Below, piece after piece: positions 56,407-64,000 of a DNA stretch of 64,000 bases; position 1 is the first letter of the stretch; the number at the start of each line of letters is the position of its first letter. The notes below the pieces were generated by a model. That model was given only the letters and a program-made list of their open reading frames with translations, was not told where the DNA came from and did no database searches. Location of the stretch: the NCBI GenBank assembly GCA_964016885.1, contig OZ024741.1:382292001-382356000 (forward strand), read 5' to 3'. The position numbers and the translations under genes were made by a program. The stretch comes from Eledone cirrhosa (lineage: Eukaryota).

Positions 56407-57410
56407 CATTATTATTATTATTATTAGTAGTAGTACAGATTATATGTTTAAACTTCCAATCTGTACTAATGAGAACTATTTCCTCTATGGATGTAAATAT
56501 ACACTAGCAGAATTACTCGGCCTTGCCTGGGTTAAAGAAAATAATGATATTTCATTCAAAACATGATATATTTTCTAAATACTTATTATGATTACTAATT
56601 CTAATATTATTGTCATAACAAATTATGTAAGATCAACATCAATAATAAATTTGAAATAGAAAACACAGAAAAGTAAATTCTGATAAAAATTCGGTAAACT
56701 TTTAGAACACCCATTCGATTTTTGTTGCAAATAATTATTATTCCTCGGTTTGTCCCTTCGCTATCAATTTTTCTCACCTCCTACTATATTTCCCCAGAAA
56801 ACGGAAGGTGCGGGAATGGTGCACCCTCGGTTAGATACCCTCCCGTGGAGGGATACACACATATATATAATTATGTCTCTAACTAAAAAAAGGTAACACA
56901 GACACACATATCTCTAATTTAAGAACGCCGACAAACTCACGCGCGCTTACATGCACACTCTGTCGTATTACAACTTAAGAGCTTTTGGCCCGGTAAAACA
57001 TCTCCTAAATTTTGAACTGTCTGGGTTGTCCACAATTGATTACAAAAACCTGACAGTCTTACCGTGTGTCCCTGGTCATGAGGCAGGTGCCTCATCTGGA
57101 ACGTCCCAGTTAGTGATTCTTCCAACATCCGAGATGCAGCGGTAACGGCGAGAGTTACAGCGTCCGCAGCTGAACGGAATAGAATACTAAAATACCGTGA
57201 TTTTCGGCTAATTACATTTTGCAGGTATTGGTATTCGAGACGTTTGGGTGACTCGGGCTACTGACTGCGAGATTCTTCTCATCACAGGCGGCTCGCCGAA
57301 CAGAGGTTGCTGCGGAGCTGTGTTGTTCCAACACCTCAGCCTCGCCTTCACCCAAGGTAATGCTGCGAGCGCGCTGGCTAGCCCCAAACATTATTAGAGT
57401 GGATTCCAAA

Positions 57411-57602
57411 GGGCGGTGGATTGGCAGTATCGGTAGAGGATCGGACGCCATGCTTTCCAGCATAGTTACGTCCCTTTACGATCTGAGTTCAAATCCTGCC
57501 GAGGTCGACTTTGCCTTTCATCCTTACGGGGTCGATAAAATAAAGTACCAGTAATGCACTGGGTAATTGCTGGCCTTGTGCCTAAAGTAGAAACAATTAT
57601 TA
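57411..57602 (+). mobile_element. Meta-domain SINE with TSD
   Basis: Nearly identical to 3941; agtggattcc on both sides. Confidence 0.88.
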
Positions 57603-57735
57603 AAGTGGATTCCCAGTGCTTGCCTTTTGTTGTATAAGTTCCTAGGTCTGTGTATTATCTGCTTGTGTGTTTTCCTCTTTCTCTTTCCTATGTATATATT
57701 ATATTTGTTTATATTATATTTGCTTATGTTCTGTA

Positions 57736-57930
57736 GGCAGTGGATTGGCAGTATCGGTAGTGGGGCGACGCCATGCTTAGCAGTACATTTACGTCCCTTT
57801 ACGGCCTTCAAATCGGAGTTAAAATCCTGCCGAGGTTAACTTTCCATTTCAAACTTACGGGGTCGTTAAAATACAATACCAGTAATGTACTGTGTATTTG
57901 CTGGTCTTGTGCCAAAAGTAGGAACAATTA
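57736..57930 (+). mobile_element. Meta-domain SINE (diverged)
   Basis: ggcagtggattggcagtatcggtag...cttacggggtcg...gccaaaagtaggaacaatta. Confidence 0.8.
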
Positions 57931-58315
57931 TATGATATGCTTTATATAACTGTGAATAAACCTGTAACAACAAATGTGTTTAAAAAAAAGAGTTAAACAG
58001 TGTTAAGAATAAATAAATAACAAGTTTTATTTCATTTTAACCTCCCATTTCCAATTTATTGAATGCTGCTATTGAGCTATGTATGAGTGTGTGTGTGTGT
58101 GTGGTGTGTGTGTGTGGTGTGTGTGTATGTGTGTCTGTGTAAATGCGTGTTTGTGTGAAAGTGTGTGTATTTGTATGAATGTATGTCCGTAAGTGTCAGT
58201 TATATACACATACATAGAATGGATGCTTACGCACACACACGTATGTATCAGCGTTTTGAAAAACATCCTAATCGTCATCTTTCTCTCTCTCGCTCTCTCT
58301 CTCTCTCTTTTCTCC

Positions 58316-58375
<60 letters not shown>

Positions 58376-58401
58376 CTCTCTCTCTCGCTCTCTCTCTCCC
58401 T

Positions 58402-58436
<35 letters not shown>

Positions 58437-58696
58437 ACATAGTGATTCTATCTAGTGGCGATATACAGGAAGTGTTAAAATTGGAAACTTTTAAAGGAAG
58501 TGAATCTTAAAATAAGTAAACAAAATATTTATGTTTAATCAAGAGTTACGAAATTTAGTACATAAATCATGTTGTAGTCATTCATTATTTATACAAATTA
58601 ATCCAACTTATTTTACTAACGCGATAAACAAAAATGTTAACGGGGTACAGGACATCCTTTATTAAAGTTAGATTATTATAGTATTACCATCCTTCA

Positions 58697-58768
<72 letters not shown>

Positions 58769-59347
58769 TGTGTGTATACATCCATATATATAATATGTTC
58801 CTAGTGTGGATATGCTTTTCCAGGTTGGACTTGTATTTTTAACGTTTTTACTTTTTAAGTATAGGCACGCATTATGTGTGTACATTCACTGAGATGTACT
58901 GCACGTATGGTTAGTTACATTAACATTTACTGATGTTATCATTCCAGAATCAAGTTATATCAGATATTATTTTTATCGCTGTTTAGTTGCACGACGCACA
59001 CTTTTCTATAAACGTTGTTGATGTTGAACAGTGAGAATTGCTTCTCATTGGTCGATGTGTTTATCAATATGAGGAGTGTGTCGGTTACTATGGATAAATC
59101 GATATATTTATTGCAGCAAGGCCACCCACAACGTTACGACTCCCCGACGGTGTATTATATATATTTAGCGGCTTGTGAAGAAGGATACATGCATATTGGT
59201 TCGTAAAAATAAGCACCTATTTCCATACTATATATACTTCATTTCGTTCATGTACACACATACACTCACACACTCAAATACATACACACACATGCACACA
59301 AACATGCACCCGTAAGCACGCGCACACATATACACATACGGATTCAT

Positions 59348-59417
<70 letters not shown>

Positions 59418-59426
<9 letters not shown>

Positions 59427-60760
59427 AAAGTTTTATTTAAAATTGTTGGTTTAAACAAGTAAATATTTTATAACTGATTTAAAGCACTCGACAAGTTTAT
59501 GGAGTAGATATACGATATTAAACAAATGGAAACTATATTTATAAAACCATATTTATTTCAGGGATACCATATTAAAAATATGGCATGCCTTCGTCAGATA
59601 AAATACAATATATAAACAGTTTTATAAATAATTTTGACGTACCATAATATAAGCGACCATTAAATTAGGAGGCTGCCTGGGTAGTGATGTGTTTATAATT
59701 ATTTAGTTATAGTGTTAAGCACAGTTAGCACAGTCATGTGTATGTCTATATTATGGACTAGAGTTAGACATAACTTTCTCTTTTTCTTTTTTCAGAAAGT
59801 ACATATACATGTATATATATATACATATATATTTCCGTATTTTTATAAATAGGGTAATTTTTTGAAGGTTTATCTCAGATTTTGGTACATTGACCTCAGA
59901 GTTTTAAACTAAACCTATGGTCAATATTGAACAAAATTATTTTCTCATATTATATATATATGTCTCATTCATGAATATTGATATTTACATTCTATTATCC
60001 ATTTCATATGAATTGATAATTCAAATTGATATGACATGACGTAAAGATGTAACTGTATCCTTCTCTCTATATATAGCTCTTTCTCCTCTCTCTTGTGCTT
60101 ATATTTATGTATGATGAAGTATTATGTATCTGTCGCTTTGGTTATGCCTCCCTTATTTCTCTCTTATTTATCTCTTGTTTCTTTTTCACTTCCCCTATCT
60201 AGTTATATTTTCTCTCTCTCTTTCTTTTCCTCCCCCCTCTCTCTCTCCGTTTCTTCTTTATCTCCGTTTTTTTCTTTATCTCCGTCTTTTCTCTAACTGT
60301 GCTTAACACTATAACTAAATAATTACTGTCCTCTCTCTCTATATATAGTACTCCCTCTCTCTTGAGTCTCTCTATATGTATGGTGAATTATTATTCATCT
60401 GTTGCTTTCGGTTGCCTCTCTTTCTTTCACCTCCTCCTATCTATTTATATATCTTTTTTCTCTCTCCCCTCTCTCTCTCTCTCTGTTTTTCTTTACCTCC
60501 GTTTCTTCTTTCTCTCCGTCTTTTTTCTAACTGTGCTTAACACTATAACTAAATAATTATAAACACATCACTACCCAGGCAGCCTCCTAATTTAATGGTC
60601 GCTTATATTATGGTACGTCAAAATTATTTATAAAACTGTTTATATATTGTAGTTTATCTGACGAAGGCATGCCATATTTTTAATATGGTATCCCTGAAAT
60701 ATGTATAATGAAATAAATATGGTTTTATAAATATAGTTTCCATTTGTTTAATATCGTATA
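59418..60760. repeat. Non-coding PLE pLTR fold-back (family of 14060/17518) with hammerhead motifs
   Basis: 59510-59725 pairs with 60530-60758; CTGACGA..GAAATATGTA at 60658-60705; internal ~270-bp duplication. Confidence 0.8.
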
Positions 60761-61109
60761 TATATATATATGTATTTAGATCTGTGTTTGTATGTTGATC
60801 TATGATCGTGTGCGCGTGTATGTTTGCAGACAGATATATAGAGAAACGTTTCACAGGAGCAAAAGATTTGTGTTGTTTATTATGAAATGTAAAATGATAA
60901 TGATAATTATAATTATCGTAATAATAACAATAAGAAGAACAACAATAATATGATAGGGATAATCGTGGATAATAATTATAATTACCTGGATGAGAACAAT
61001 AATTATCCAGAAAAGCAGAAGGGGTGCAAACGAAAATGTACAGGCACCAAAGATTAGTTGCTAATTGGTATGACAATACTAAGAAACTTCAAAATAAGGA
61101 AGATTAATC

Positions 61110-61990
61110 TCACAAAATCATAGATTGACTACCACGTAAGCCGTATGATACAATCCTACACTTATGGGGTATAGAATGCCGAAATATAGAGAGAATTGGA
61201 AAGAATATAGAGGATTTTCTGTGTAGAATTGTGGAAAAATGTAAGACGGATGTAACATGCTATTGGAACGTCTAGATACAATTAAAATCTCGAGAGGCAT
61301 ATTTCAGAGAGATAGCAAGTTCTCATTGTTGTTTGTACTGAGTATGGTGCTCTTGACAATGATCTTGAGAAGAGTTAAAGCATTGTATGAAATTAGGGGA
61401 CATCAGCGAAGGGCCAATCGTGTATGATCTGAAATTATGTGGGAAAGACGAATTTCAATTAAGTTCAATTCCAGACAAAGTGTACAGCTTTTTCTGGAAA
61501 TCCAAATGGGATTTGGCCCTCAGAAACGACATGTAATCATTCTGGAGTGAGGGACGATCAAACACGTGGATAAAATAATAATACCTCCATGAAAGACAAT
61601 GGATCAAATAGATGATAACGGCTAGAAATATCTAGGAAGGTTGGAAAAGGAATTGAAAACAAAATTCTTTGTGATTTTATGTTACAATTCGACCAAGCGA
61701 GATTATAGCGAATGAGAAATATTTTCTTTAAACCTAAAAGACTCTAAATTCCTTCCTTCAAATTGTGTTATTGGCAGTTATGGGACATTGGATTACGAAA
61801 TAGGGCGTATGTGGATAATGAGGGTCACTTTTGCATCGATGGTTGTAAGTGCACTGGTACTGTGTTTAATGGTTTTGGAGGGTTTTTTAAAACAGACTAG
61901 GCGTGGAAATACAGGTTGGAAATCATTAAAGAAACACAGCTTTGTAGGGGATAGTTAGGATATGGTGGAATGTTTAATCTCTATAGGCAA
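61110..61990 (+). mobile_element. Very decayed R4/Dong-type LINE remnant
   Basis: Remnants resembling IDY..YDTI.H, RGIFQ.D, DLKL.GK, MGFG, KYLG, MVVSALGT; preceded by degenerate (TAA)n. Confidence 0.5.
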
Positions 61991-63202
61991 TGCTGAATAA
62001 AAAAAATGATAATAACGAAAAAACAAAAAATATATATTTGTTGATATGTCTTATTTGAAAAGTAAAACATTTACAATAGGAAATAGAATGAAATCAGAGA
62101 AAAAATATTGTGAACTGAATTTATGTTTATAAACTGCAAGGTATGATATAAATGGGAGAACATGGAGACAAATTGAATCAGTCTGTCAGCTGCAAATTAA
62201 ATTACATTTGTCTACAGGATTTTCAAGCCATATACCTATTTCTTCATATTTTTTGCGTTAGATATTTTTTTTCTTTTCTCTAACTGTTCCTTTTAGCATG
62301 ATAACAGATCAATTTCATCGCAGCATATCTCGTCTTTTCTTTGACACGTATTGTATCCCTGACTCCATTAAACAATATTACTTTCTTTTCACCTATTTTC
62401 AGTGAAAGATATGTAGCTGATATGGATTGCAAGTTAAATGAATACATACGCGTTTTCAAGTCGGCTTTGATGTTATCAGAGTAAGTTAAGCATAGGTAAG
62501 AAGTAAACAGACAGTAGTGTTGTGATAATACTTCTAAACTGGCCATCCTCTATTTTGACAAGCCAGGTCTACATACGATATCCATTATACATGTAATTTA
62601 TCTAACGACAGTTGCGTGTTCTAAAGGTGACATTTATTGTTATTGTTCGCATATTAAGTGAAAAGATGAAATAACTCTCATTAGGCTTATGTTAAAATAA
62701 TTTGTGCTGCACGTATTTCGTGGGAGTTCAGCTGCTGTGAGGTAATCGTATGTAAACATTCATACTCGAAAAATGCCATGCATTTATATGAAAGCCACAA
62801 AAAAGGGAATGCTTACGTCTGCCAAGTTCCTGATTGAAATAAAATGAACTGTGCTTTGAAATATACGAAATTTCTCAATCTGAGATAGAAGAAAGGAAAC
62901 GTACCGATCCATTACTGATGCTATCTGTCGTTCTCAACTCTTGGCAGAATCCTTAAACACAATATGCCAACAGTCTCAAATCATAAACTTGAATATCTGA
63001 AAAAGGATGACTCATTATGTAATACAAATCTAAATACACCTAAAATATGAGATTATTAGGGGGGAATACGAGTCTTTGATTACAGAGTCCGGCTAGATCG
63101 AACCTTGAGCTGATCGGTGGAGACACGCGCGTCACCAACCAATAAACCCAATGAAAGTATAACTACTCGTCATTGTTTTACTTTATCTTATATATATATG
63201 TA

Positions 63203-63261
<59 letters not shown>

Positions 63262-63281
63262 GTTAAAGTGTACATCTATTT

Positions 63282-63344
<63 letters not shown>

Positions 63345-63370
63345 CATACATACATACATACATACATACA

Positions 63371-63406
<36 letters not shown>

Positions 63407-64000
63407 TATATAATAATGGTTTAGATCGATAACCAATAATTTCATTCACGTTGTTTTCTATTTGGTCAACAAATCGATTTGGAGCACATTCATATGATTA
63501 TTTCGCAGCAAGAGACCTAAGCTCTGAAAAGAGTGTAATCGTTCTATTGACAGATTAACATATGTAAACATATGTAAACTCGCAATTTCAGCAATCGAAA
63601 CGGCAAATGTCATCTTAGTTTAGCACACAAAACAATCCATTGAAGTACAAAATCCACTTCTAAGCAAATATTGTTATATTTCAAATTCCGTGGTGAATCC
63701 ACTGATCATCGACTAATAATGAAGCCCTAACCAGCAAAGCCAGGACAAAGGAATACTCATCGGCTAGCACTCATATGGGGTATTTCCAAAAATCGACCAT
63801 AATACTAAATTTTCAAGTGAGGCACTGTGAGCCATGTGTGACATTAAATGCTTGTCGGTCAGCAAATGAGATCAGTAATGGCGGATTGGCTGGGGTTGGT
63901 GGTAATGTTTAAAATAACATAAATATTTCTCGGCAGAGATGCTCTGCTAGAGAACGGGTCGCAGGTGGCGGATAACGACATGACCACCGGATATGATGTT

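Noticed and set aside
56930-57410. GC-richer segment as LTR or promoter
   Set aside because: No second copy, defined termini, PBS or PPT visible in the window.
62280-62546. 88-aa minus-strand ORF
   Set aside because: No recognisable motif or supporting exon structure.

Overview
Eukaryotic, AT-rich, microsatellite-dense genomic DNA that is almost entirely transposable elements. The SINE families and the abundance of (TA)n resemble cephalopod (octopus-like) genomes; this is an inference, not tested. No host protein-coding gene can be supported; one possible isolated exon lies near 56.0 kb. Contents: Tx1/L1-type LINE pieces (APE + RT); R4/Dong-type RLE LINE pieces; RTE fragments; at least six Penelope-like elements (PLE; RT with YRDD, CxC..CPL..C linker, GIY-YIG), two with long nearly intact ORFs; a ~5.2-kb decayed Helitron; seven Meta-domain SINEs and one CORE-type SINE; several fold-backs. 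Main observations: (i) a chain of unrelated retroelements at 28.2-36.1 kb whose boundaries nearly all fall in (TTA/TAA)n tracts, while PLEs sit in (TA)n; (ii) about ten minimal or variant hammerhead-ribozyme motifs, mostly in PLE pseudo-LTRs, several as inverted pairs; (iii) a ~610-bp TG..CA element and a ~522-bp tandem unit of unknown class. All calls are by eye and boundaries are approximate.
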